NCBI GenBank assembly: GCA_963848135.1 | Contig: CAWKCK010000001.1 | Span: 62,001 to 126,000, forward strand | Length of the DNA stretch: 64,000 bases | Source: an uncultured delta proteobacterium | GTDB lineage: Bacteria; Desulfobacterota; Desulfobacteria; Desulfobacterales; SG8-13 | Reading direction: 5' to 3' | In this document: positions 10,962 through 19,491 of the stretch, one piece after another | How the letters are laid out: every line of letters begins with the position of its first letter | How positions within the stretch are numbered: the first letter of the stretch is position 1 | The notes under the pieces: generated by a model | What the model was told of the DNA's origin: nothing | The model's input: the letters and a program-made list of their open reading frames with translations, nothing else | Databases searched by the model: none | Position numbers and translations under genes: made by a program

Positions 10962-12281
10962 CTACTTAGTACCATCATCCAAAAGTAATAAAAGTGGCGC
11001 GGAAATTGTCTGTCCAATGTTTGTAACAGGACCAATTCTATCTCTTGTCACCTCTACCTGTTTACCAGTCTTCAGGGTCACGGAAGGCAAGGCCGGATTG
11101 GTGGGGTAGACGGTCACACTGCCTCTGTAGCAGGCGGCGGAAGTCACATCTGTATCCGGATTATGACCGACCGCGAAATCATTTTCAGCAACGGAACTGA
11201 CCTTTGCCGTATCGGTTTCAATATCCAGGGCGAGATCCGCATACGCTGGTTTAAAACGACCGCCTCCTGATTGCAGCCCCATGCTTATATGGTTGTTGGC
11301 GTCTCCTTGATATAAATTCGATAGAACGTAACCACATATCGTAGGATCCTTTTTAGCTACTAATAAGGCAAGAACTAATTTTTGTTGGTACTTGTGAGAT
11401 AGCTTTTCTTCATAAATAACATCGAGCATAAAATACACTCTTTGAAGGCAGTCATAGGAAATCCTGACTTTGGATTTGGGGTTCATTTCGATCCGATCTG
11501 ACTCCTCTATAGGTTCGCCACAACCACTCGATGCCACCGCCACATCCCGATCAAATACCTGCAGCGACTGACTACATTGTGGCAGCGGCACATCGTTGAC
11601 CTTTACCTCTTCCGATCCCGTATTTGTTAGGATAAACCCTTCCTCACTGGCCGTGCCCGGTTCATAAATATATTGCACCGAGCAGGCAGGACAGTTCCAG
11701 AGTCCTGCGCTGATTTCAATCCGACCACCGGCGGTGACAACGGGGACTTCAAAATTGACTGTTGCCGTATCTAAAATATAATCTAAGTTGGTCGCTGCTA
11801 TCGAATCTCCCGAAAGAGTCACCCCATCTGCATGGTACTGATATTGTATTCCAGCGTTCCATCCACCAGAATGTGGAGAAACATAACCGCTGCCTTCAGT
11901 TGTCGCATTTAGCGTAATTGTTTCTCCCGCGATCATCTGGGCCGGTGGTTTGTCAAACCTTGCAATAAAGGTTGCATCGAAATACAAATAGTCGTGGTCA
12001 ACAGACTTGTTGCGGTGGGTAATGCTCCCGTCCGTAACGGTATACAGTTCATACTTGCCGAGGTACCGCGGTTCAGAATAATATTCAGGGTCTCCAACAC
12101 CGCCAATAAATTCGGTGCGTGCATTATTCGGATTCACTCTGGTATCAGTCAACACCCAAACCTCGGCAGATTCAGCCGACGGTACCGTGCTCATCCCCAA
12201 AAACAGAAGCGCACAGAACAAAGTTACTATAAGCCTCGATCCTGATGTCAGTTCAGCTATCCATACATTCAATATCTTCAT
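10962..12281 (-). CDS. Exported hypothetical protein with C-terminal FecR-like region and terminal PLLLLLDD motif
   Basis: Signal-peptide-like N-terminus. The segment DIETDTAKV...DFAV...CYRGSVTV...VTLKTGKQVEV resembles FecR. AGGAG RBS. Confidence 0.7.
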   Translation of the reverse strand: MKILNVWIAELTSGSRLIVTLFCALLFLGMSTVPSAESAEVWVLTDTRVNPNNARTEFIGGVGDPEYYSEPRYLGKYELYTVTDGSITHRNKSVDHDYLYFDATFIARFDKPPAQMIAGETITLNATTEGSGYVSPHSGGWNAGIQYQYHADGVTLSGDSIAATNLDYILDTATVNFEVPVVTAGGRIEISAGLWNCPACSVQYIYEPGTASEEGFILTNTGSEEVKVNDVPLPQCSQSLQVFDRDVAVASSGCGEPIEESDRIEMNPKSKVRISYDCLQRVYFMLDVIYEEKLSHKYQQKLVLALLVAKKDPTICGYVLSNLYQGDANNHISMGLQSGGGRFKPAYADLALDIETDTAKVSSVAENDFAVGHNPDTDVTSAACYRGSVTVYPTNPALPSVTLKTGKQVEVTRDRIGPVTNIGQTISAPLLLLLDDGTK

Positions 12282-12303
12282 TTGTATTCTCCTTGCCTAT
12301 ACT

Positions 12304-13560
12304 TCAGTTCTGATAGCATATTTCCGCATTAGGCCAAGTTGCATGTAACAAATTAAGAATCGAGTCTTTTGCTTGAGCTGTAAATTGCGCTTCTGGACAC
12401 ATAGGGATGCCTGATACTCCAAATACATGAAATTTTGTCTGACCAAACTGCCATAATCCATAATGCAGATGCGAAGATTCATTGAACATCTTCAAGTAGC
12501 CAATGGTATCGCCTTGAGTAATTGTATCACCCAGAGTGACGGAGATATTATCCAATTGATCTTGTCCGGCTTGTGTATTTATCGACATGGTATTAAACGC
12601 GTATTTAGTCGTTAGCGGAATAAAATAACCACCGTCATCGGGATCTACCACATACTCATCACAGGCAATGGATACTTCCACCTGCCAGGTGTCGTCCGTG
12701 GCTGTCTGTTGTAACTGAACAACATCGACCATCCCAGAACAAGCCGACTGAACACCTGCAAGATCATCTTTTGGGTAGATATCTATACCGTCATTCGCAT
12801 AGTCCCAGGGAGAAAAACTATATTGAGAACTAAAGCCGGTTGTAATTTTCGCCATCTCCGACTCACTGGAATAAGGGGCGACGAACAATGGTGGCAATAC
12901 ATCATCGCTATTACACATAATGACATCCTGGTGAGCAACCGCAATCAAATTCATAATAGAATCACGTGCTGCCTGAGTAAAATACGGTTCGGGACAAATT
13001 GGTATGGCGTTTTTATATAATGTAAAGTGCACATGAGCTTTTTCCGGATTCGCAGCCGAATATAGATAGCCGATAATCTCGCCTTGCGCTACCAACTGCC
13101 CTTCTATAACCAAAATGTTATTGTACTGAGTCTGTCCGGTATTCGGTGCCTGGTTTTCAAAGTTATAGCCGATAGTATAAGTAGAATCGCAGTCAATCAG
13201 CACCATTACTTGATCATCGAACGTGTAAATCTTTTTAACTCTCCCGGCACATGCCGACTGATATGCTTTGAGGTTGCCATCGGGATCAACATCCAATCCA
13301 TCATGGATTCTTCCCCAGGGTTCATCGCTGTATTGTGCATTAAAAAAATCGTTTATCTCGCGCATGTCAGAAACACTTGCATACGGGGTAACCAGGTTAA
13401 CCGCTTTTGTCTCTCCCTGTTGATTTTTGTCGTCCAATAATAGTAACAACCAAGGGGTGCTTTTTGTTTCCCCAATAGCAAAAGGGCATGGGAATATGAA
13501 GATAATAACAAATAAATAGGGTAGATATTTTTTGAATAGTGCACTGGAATTTATCTTCAT
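12304..13560 (-). CDS. Exported protein with two tandem M23/LytM peptidase-like domains
   Basis: HDGLD...HVHF and NDGID...HLHY; clear internal duplication; signal peptide; GAGGTG RBS. Confidence 0.75.
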   Translation of the reverse strand: MKINSSALFKKYLPYLFVIIFIFPCPFAIGETKSTPWLLLLLDDKNQQGETKAVNLVTPYASVSDMREINDFFNAQYSDEPWGRIHDGLDVDPDGNLKAYQSACAGRVKKIYTFDDQVMVLIDCDSTYTIGYNFENQAPNTGQTQYNNILVIEGQLVAQGEIIGYLYSAANPEKAHVHFTLYKNAIPICPEPYFTQAARDSIMNLIAVAHQDVIMCNSDDVLPPLFVAPYSSESEMAKITTGFSSQYSFSPWDYANDGIDIYPKDDLAGVQSACSGMVDVVQLQQTATDDTWQVEVSIACDEYVVDPDDGGYFIPLTTKYAFNTMSINTQAGQDQLDNISVTLGDTITQGDTIGYLKMFNESSHLHYGLWQFGQTKFHVFGVSGIPMCPEAQFTAQAKDSILNLLHATWPNAEICYQN

Positions 13561-13579
13561 ATCAATCACCTCTCTCAAT

Positions 13580-13619
13580 AAAAAAAGGCTGAACTACCCC
13601 CACTGGGCGGCTCAGCCTT
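13580..13619 (-). terminator. Intrinsic terminator in the leader of the M23-like gene
   Basis: AAGGCTGAGCCGCCC pairs with GGGTAGTTCAGCCTT, followed by a T tract, about 20 nt before the start codon. Confidence 0.8.
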
Positions 13620-13678
13620 CTGAATATGTAACAGACTTCATACCCCATCCTCCCTCTTTGATGGGTTTGCCTGTTCAG
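13600..13678 (-). promoter_or_regulatory. c-di-GMP-I (GEMM-I)-like riboswitch aptamer candidate, divergent
   Basis: GGCAAACCCATC...GATGGGG-TATGAAG...GGCTGAGCCGCC. The 3' end overlaps the terminator stem. Confidence 0.6.
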
Positions 13679-13774
13679 ATCATTTTCGTGAGTTTATTAT
13701 AAATTCTACCTATCACTACAGTTTGGTTTGTCAATTGCCACAGGGTGGTACTCGATGCATTTATTTTTGTTAAT

Positions 13775-13809
13775 ATCTGCATAATCGCAACAGTTCAGAT
13801 ACGTACAGA
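13775..13809. repeat. 35-bp direct repeat, copy 1 (copy 2 at 17924-17958)
   Basis: ATCTGCATAATCGCAACAGTTCAGATACGTACAGA, 32/35 identical to copy 2. Confidence 0.8.
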
Positions 13810-13924
13810 TGAAATCACAAAAAATCTGCCATTTTAAAAAGTTAAAAATAGCTTGCCAATCTCGTAACTGTCGAAAATGGCGTTGAAACTGCATATACGA
13901 TCTGAGTATCATCGGTTTCGAGGC

Positions 13925-14179
13925 TCAAGTTTTCGAGTCGAGAATGTGCAAGAAGGCTTCGAGAAAAGCCATAGCTGCAAAAAATAAGAACATCCATATA
14001 GGGATTATCATCACCCACGCTAAAGATACAACAGTCCTAAACGCGTCTTCATTGATGCCTTGGAGAAACCACAAACTGGGAACCTGGTAAAACAAGTAAA
14101 CACTACCAGCACCGGATCCGAAAAAGAAGGATATAGCCAGGCATCGATACATTTTTGACCTGTTAAAGATGAATTTCAT
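13925..14179 (-). CDS. Small hypothetical membrane protein (two hydrophobic segments)
   Basis: 84-aa ORF with two TM-like stretches; no family recognised. Confidence 0.4.
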   Translation of the reverse strand: MKFIFNRSKMYRCLAISFFFGSGAGSVYLFYQVPSLWFLQGINEDAFRTVVSLAWVMIIPIWMFLFFAAMAFLEAFLHILDSKT

Positions 14180-14566
14180 TGCTACACGGCTATTTCATAA
14201 AAATTACCTTTTCACGTCCGTTGGAATGGGCAGCTTTTTTGAAAATCATTAAGCAAATAACACTCTGGAATACTAATAGATTGAGACTATATCGATATTA
14301 TTGGGGAGGTCAATACTCAGGACAGCTTGCCAAAAGCACAATCTCTTGAAATCACGTTAAATATCAGGATACCGTTTGGCTAAATTCAGGAAATTCGCCG
14401 GATAATAGGTTCAGGATCATAGCAGATAACGCCTGGTCACCCATCCGGTTGATAGGTTGGAGGTACCAGTAACATAGCAATTAATAGACGGCACCAAGCG
14501 GAGTAAGCGCCAGTGAAGCTCAGCTTCATGCCGTCCGAGTAAAATTGCCCTATTCTATTGTTTTCC

Positions 14567-15031
14567 TTATTGCTTGTGTTCTGGATAATAAGATAACAGG
14601 GCCTCAATGCTTTCTTTTAGGTTTTTCGCGTATTTCATATCAGCGTTTTGTTTGGCCTCCATTGCTGCAATAATTACCGCATGGTGCTTTGATAAACGTT
14701 CAGCATAATCTTCTTGACTCGGTTTGACCCGTTGCGTCAAAAAGTAGTCGCTGATTGTAGAGATGATCTGCTGGGCATGTTTTTCTTTATTCATCACCCA
14801 ACGAACCAATTGGTTTTGAGATTGCGCATCAGACTTGCCTGCCAACTCAGCAATCAACTTAGCTGATTTATCTACGGTAGTGGCATCTTCAAGCATCGAT
14901 TGAACACGTGCGTGGTCATCATAGATTCCACATGGAATCTGGCAGTGGGCATGCACTGGGTGCTGCAAAAACAGAACAGATCCGAATACTGTGAAGGTAA
15001 TTAAAATCATTACCTTTTTGAGGTTTTCCAT
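14567..15031 (-). CDS. sodN: Nickel superoxide dismutase precursor
   Basis: Ni-hook HCQIPCGIYD directly after a hydrophobic leader; NQLVRWV..KEKHA and DYFLTQR; GGAGG RBS. Confidence 0.92.
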   Translation of the reverse strand: MENLKKVMILITFTVFGSVLFLQHPVHAHCQIPCGIYDDHARVQSMLEDATTVDKSAKLIAELAGKSDAQSQNQLVRWVMNKEKHAQQIISTISDYFLTQRVKPSQEDYAERLSKHHAVIIAAMEAKQNADMKYAKNLKESIEALLSYYPEHKQ

Positions 15032-15434
15032 CTTTTATTCCTCCGTTGTTTGATTTAAATTAGTAAAATTGACCTCTACAGAAATGAGGTGCGCAACAGC
15101 AGCTCTAAATAAAATGGTTTTCAGAAATGAAAAAGACTTGGGTCCGGTGGTGAAAGGAATTGATACGTTTGGAGCAAAAAGATGCCACATTGTGTCAACA
15201 TGGGCCACATCCTGTTTGGGGCAGGCATATGGTTGAAATGTTTGGGTGTGAATAGATTCCTGCAGTTATTGAAATTGAGTATACATTGAGAATAGGTTAA
15301 ATCTGTGGCGCCAGTCAAGACTCAAACTTGCTTGTCACAGGTTCAACTATTGGTAAGCACTCAATCTGTAACGATACCATCTGGCTATCTCAACCGAATC
15401 GACCATATGATAGCTCAAAGGTCATAGCAGATAC

Positions 15435-15505
15435 ATTTAACGCTGGAACTGTGACGCGGGAGCCGCGCAGGCGTTTCCCGTCGATTCTCCAGCGACTTGT
15501 TATGT
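15435..15505 (-). other. Integron attC-like recombination site
   Basis: Minus strand reads ACATAAC-AAGTCGCTGGAGAATCGAC...GTCACAGTTCCAGC-GTTAAAT, 71 bp, downstream of the methyltransferase gene. Confidence 0.7.
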
Positions 15506-15587
15506 GCATTTTTTTGCACCGGGAGCACGTTTTTGGAAGAATATCAAAAGAACCGTAAAGATACCTTCGACCGATTCAGATTCGCCC

Positions 15588-16223
15588 TCAACACACACGG
15601 TACACATACACCCGGTGAAACAGATCCGGGTTTTCCAGCGGCAGCCCCGGAAACTTTTTGGTTTTCTCCGTTAGCTGCCATTTACCATCATTTTCCAGGG
15701 TTTCGAACTTTTCTTTATACCCTTTCGGCGCATAGACATCTTCCAATAGGCTGAAAAAAATATAGCCACCCGGGCACAACACACGCACCAACTCATCGAA
15801 GGCACTTGCTGGTGCATGGCCCGCGGTGAAGACCCCGATGGACTGACAAGCGCCGAAATGATCGGAAGGAAAATCCAGCTTCTCGCCGAGAATCATTTGA
15901 TGAAGATCCGTATAAATTTTGCGTTCGCGGGCCTTCTTCAGCATACCCGTGGACAAATCTACACCGGCCTGTCCCCGGTACCCCAGCGCATCGAGGACAG
16001 CCCCCATCAATCCCGTTCCTGCGCCGGCATCGAGTATCGGTGTAGTCTCTGGCATCACGTATTTTCCAAACAGGCCCGCTGCAACGGCCGGAATCTGATA
16101 ACCGAATGCAGTGACATGCTCGTCGTATTTTCCAGCCCACAGATCGTAGGCCTCCTTCAAATCACGGTTATCTTTGGCAGAATACACTTTCTGTAAATAA
16201 GCACTGCTTTCTTCTGTTACCAT
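15588..16223 (-). CDS. Class I SAM-dependent methyltransferase
   Basis: ILDAGAGTG, GVDLS.GML, GVFTAGHAP. Confidence 0.9.
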   Translation of the reverse strand: MVTEESSAYLQKVYSAKDNRDLKEAYDLWAGKYDEHVTAFGYQIPAVAAGLFGKYVMPETTPILDAGAGTGLMGAVLDALGYRGQAGVDLSTGMLKKARERKIYTDLHQMILGEKLDFPSDHFGACQSIGVFTAGHAPASAFDELVRVLCPGGYIFFSLLEDVYAPKGYKEKFETLENDGKWQLTEKTKKFPGLPLENPDLFHRVYVYRVC

Positions 16224-16604
16224 TCAATCGTCTCCTTGTTTTTCCTCTTATTTGCCATTAAAAATATTTCTCATTGTCAATCCCCACATGGCAGCATCAT
16301 TTTCACAGAAAAATTCAAATAGAGACACATTACTCTGAAAATTGCAGTAATTTAGATTATACGAACACTAATAGAGCATCTTTTTGCTCTTATTCGCATT
16401 ATTATAGTGCAGCATATAATAACGGAAAATAATTATTTTGAGACACTTTTTGAAATTGTAACATCTTGCCATTCCCGTAACTATTAAAAATGGCTTTAAA
16501 ACTGAATATAAGATCTGCCTATCGCAACTGAACAATATCAGAGAGTAATGGGACTGGCGGTAAATTGGACTGCAGATGGTAGCTTAAGAATCCCTGGTGC
16601 CACC

Positions 16605-17630
16605 TTATCCCCGGGTCTTAGCCGTTTCCACCATGGCCTGGATGTTTACCGGAGGGCAGATAGCAGGTATGATACAGCCGCCACTTACCATCAATCCCCC
16701 GTCTCGACCTGCCTTATCGATCACCTCCCGGGTTGCATCTTTCACTTCCTCAGGGCTGCCCATAGCTAAGAGACTCGTGCTGACATTGCCCATCAGGCAG
16801 TATCGCGGCCCCAATAATTTCCGCGCCGCTTCAAAATCTACCCCTTCATCGAGACTCAAACAATTCACTCCAGTTTCGGCAAAACTTTCGAGCCGGTCAG
16901 AATTGTCACCGCAAACGTGCATGATGGTTTTTATCCCTGTGGGTTTGACGAGGTTGACTAAGCGTGAGGTCAGTGGCTTCCCCCATTCTTCCCAATGTTT
17001 TTTAGAGATGGCATCCCCAGAGCTGCTCGGGTCGGAGATGAAAAGGATATCTACTCCTGTGCTGATAATGGCCACAGCATAGACAATGAGACTGCTCAAA
17101 GCAATTTCGCAGAGCTTGCGAAGGGATTCAGGCGCTTTGTACAAGTCTCGCATCGCGTCTTCGGAACCCCGTAGCATGCTAACGTGCCTGAATGGGGCCT
17201 GTATGTAACCGATAACCGGAACTTGGTGTTTAAACCGATTTTTCAGTCTCCGCATTCCTTCCAGGATCAGGCTCAGCCTTTGATTCTGATACGGATCGAA
17301 AAGTTTCAAACGAGATAAATCAGATTCGTAGTTTTGTACCGCTGGGATTTCCACTGACGGCGGGTGCCCACGGGAAATTTTGAGTACTGACCCCATGGCC
17401 TCGGATTCGGAATGACAGGCGAACATATCCCAAACGCAATCATAGCCGAACTTATCGACAGCATAGGTTTGGGCATAGACATGCCTTTCAACACTTTCTA
17501 GCTCATCGATCAAGTCAAAACCAGCCTGATTGCTGCACCACTCACGAGCCATAAGTACAACAGGAGGATAGTCTGGCCGTTTACCATTCAACACTCCCAT
17601 AACCCTATCATATGCATTCATATTGTCCAT
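16605..17630 (-). CDS. Uroporphyrinogen decarboxylase superfamily / MtaA-like methyltransferase
   Basis: ESEAMGS, APF, MHVCG, GNV, SGGCII. Confidence 0.85.
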   Translation of the reverse strand: MDNMNAYDRVMGVLNGKRPDYPPVVLMAREWCSNQAGFDLIDELESVERHVYAQTYAVDKFGYDCVWDMFACHSESEAMGSVLKISRGHPPSVEIPAVQNYESDLSRLKLFDPYQNQRLSLILEGMRRLKNRFKHQVPVIGYIQAPFRHVSMLRGSEDAMRDLYKAPESLRKLCEIALSSLIVYAVAIISTGVDILFISDPSSSGDAISKKHWEEWGKPLTSRLVNLVKPTGIKTIMHVCGDNSDRLESFAETGVNCLSLDEGVDFEAARKLLGPRYCLMGNVSTSLLAMGSPEEVKDATREVIDKAGRDGGLMVSGGCIIPAICPPVNIQAMVETAKTRG

Positions 17631-17923
17631 CGCATTCTTCCTTGTCGGATGCGCCCTTTGGTTGAATCAGCAAAGGATGTCTTATAAATATTTTATGAAA
17701 AGTGCAGGATATATTGGCCGTTGCCTTTCAACCGAGCTCTAAAATAAGTATTACCGTGCTGATGTGATTACATATTAATTTTATACAAGAAAACATATAT
17801 AAATCTCGGCGTAGATCAGCATTATTGTTTTTATCGTTACATAAAACCAATCAGTAGAGTTGAACGATCGGTTTATAAATCAGATGAAAATCGTGTTTTA
17901 TGCGTTAAAGGTTTCGTTCTGGT

Positions 17924-17958
17924 ATCAGCATAATCGCAAAATTTCAGATACGTACAGA
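17924..17958. repeat. 35-bp direct repeat, copy 2
   Basis: Matches 13775-13809 at 32/35. Confidence 0.8.
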
Positions 17959-18189
17959 GTATCACACGAAAACCGGTGCTATGGAAATTAAACCTTGCTT
18001 GCCATTATTTTGACCTGATGCCAACTCCGGAGCACCCCAAGATGTTGTGGTCAGCGGAGAATCTGCGAAACTTATGATATCATATCATAATCTGCAGATT
18101 GGTTAGCATTTCAAACTGAACAGGTATAATTACAAACCGTCCTACATGGATACTGAGATTGAGACATTGCCTTTTTCCCCGACCTGGGG

Positions 18190-19194
18190 TCACACCCATA
18201 AATCGGTGCTCAGATATTTCAGGCCGGAATCGCAGATCATGACGACAACGGTCAACCCCACGAATCGGCTCTCGAGTAGCGCCAATGCCGCCGCTACATT
18301 GGCACCGGAGGAAAATCCTGCAAAAATCCCTTCCTCCCGGGCCAGACGACGTGCGGTTTCAACGGCTTGCTGGTCCGATACCTGCAGATAACCATCAACG
18401 TGCTCCGGTTTCAGGAGCGGCAGGTCGGGCATGGCATAACCGCCGCCCTGGATGCGGTGATTCGGCCGGATAACCCGTTGGCCGGCAAGGAGCGCTGCCC
18501 CGGCAGGCTCGACGATGAAGCAGTCGATTTCCGGGCGATATGTCTTGAAGGCCGCTGCGCATCCGGCAAACGTGCCGCCAGTGCCGACAAAATCACAGAA
18601 GGCGTCGATGCTGCCGCCGCTTTGCCGGATGATTTCGGGACCGGTATGCAGGTAATGCGCGCGGAAATTGCCTTGCAGTCGAAACTGGTCCGCCCGGAAG
18701 GCCTGTCGTTCTTCCACAATTCTGCGGGTTTCCTGTTCCACCAACGCCAGGTCGCCACCGGATACCTGGCCGGGAGCGGATTCGGGCAACTGGTCCACCA
18801 GGACGACCTCGGCTCCCAAGGCGGACATCATTCGGGCCCTTTCGGACGAGTTGCCCCGGGACATGACAGCCACGAAGGGGTATCTTTTGATCCCGCAGAC
18901 GATGGCCAGGCCGGTACCGGTGTTGCCGCTGGTGAGTTCAACCACGGTCTGATCGGGCATCAAATCACCGGATTCTTCCCCGTCTTCGATGATCTGGCGG
19001 GCGATACGGTCTTTTTTTGAAAATCCAGGATTCAGGTATTCCAGTTTGGCAAGAATCCGGCCCTGAATCCCCCGGGTCAACCGGTTGAGTTCCACAAGGG
19101 GGGTGTCTCCGATGGCTTCGACCGCTGAGGGTAACACGGTGTCGTGGGCGGCGGTTGCGGGGGCGCTGTTTTCCGGATTGTTATTTTTTGTCAT
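18190..19194 (-). CDS. PLP-dependent cysteine synthase family protein
   Basis: IGDTPLV, KLEYLNPGFSKKDR, TSGNTG, GTGGT, DSGLKYLST. Start uncertain (19194 or 19260). Confidence 0.9.
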   Translation of the reverse strand: MTKNNNPENSAPATAAHDTVLPSAVEAIGDTPLVELNRLTRGIQGRILAKLEYLNPGFSKKDRIARQIIEDGEESGDLMPDQTVVELTSGNTGTGLAIVCGIKRYPFVAVMSRGNSSERARMMSALGAEVVLVDQLPESAPGQVSGGDLALVEQETRRIVEERQAFRADQFRLQGNFRAHYLHTGPEIIRQSGGSIDAFCDFVGTGGTFAGCAAAFKTYRPEIDCFIVEPAGAALLAGQRVIRPNHRIQGGGYAMPDLPLLKPEHVDGYLQVSDQQAVETARRLAREEGIFAGFSSGANVAAALALLESRFVGLTVVVMICDSGLKYLSTDLWV

Positions 19195-19491
19195 TCGGGG
19201 ACCGTTCTTTTTGGATGCTTTTTTACGTCCCGCAGACGAATTCATCGGTGTCCATTCCAAAGTCTGCCTTTATAAACCCCTATTAATTGTCAGCTCCACA
19301 GCGTAGTACAATTCTATTATTTTAGAGGATGTCGAAAAATAGGATATAAAAAAAATATTTTCAGATCATTGCCAATATTCATATTAAAAGTTTTAACTTC
19401 AGCAGCCCCAAGTGTTTTGGCCAGCATAGATGATGCGTAAGCTGTGACTAAATACCGTTATCGCAAAGCAATTCATATAAGGGAGGAATGG

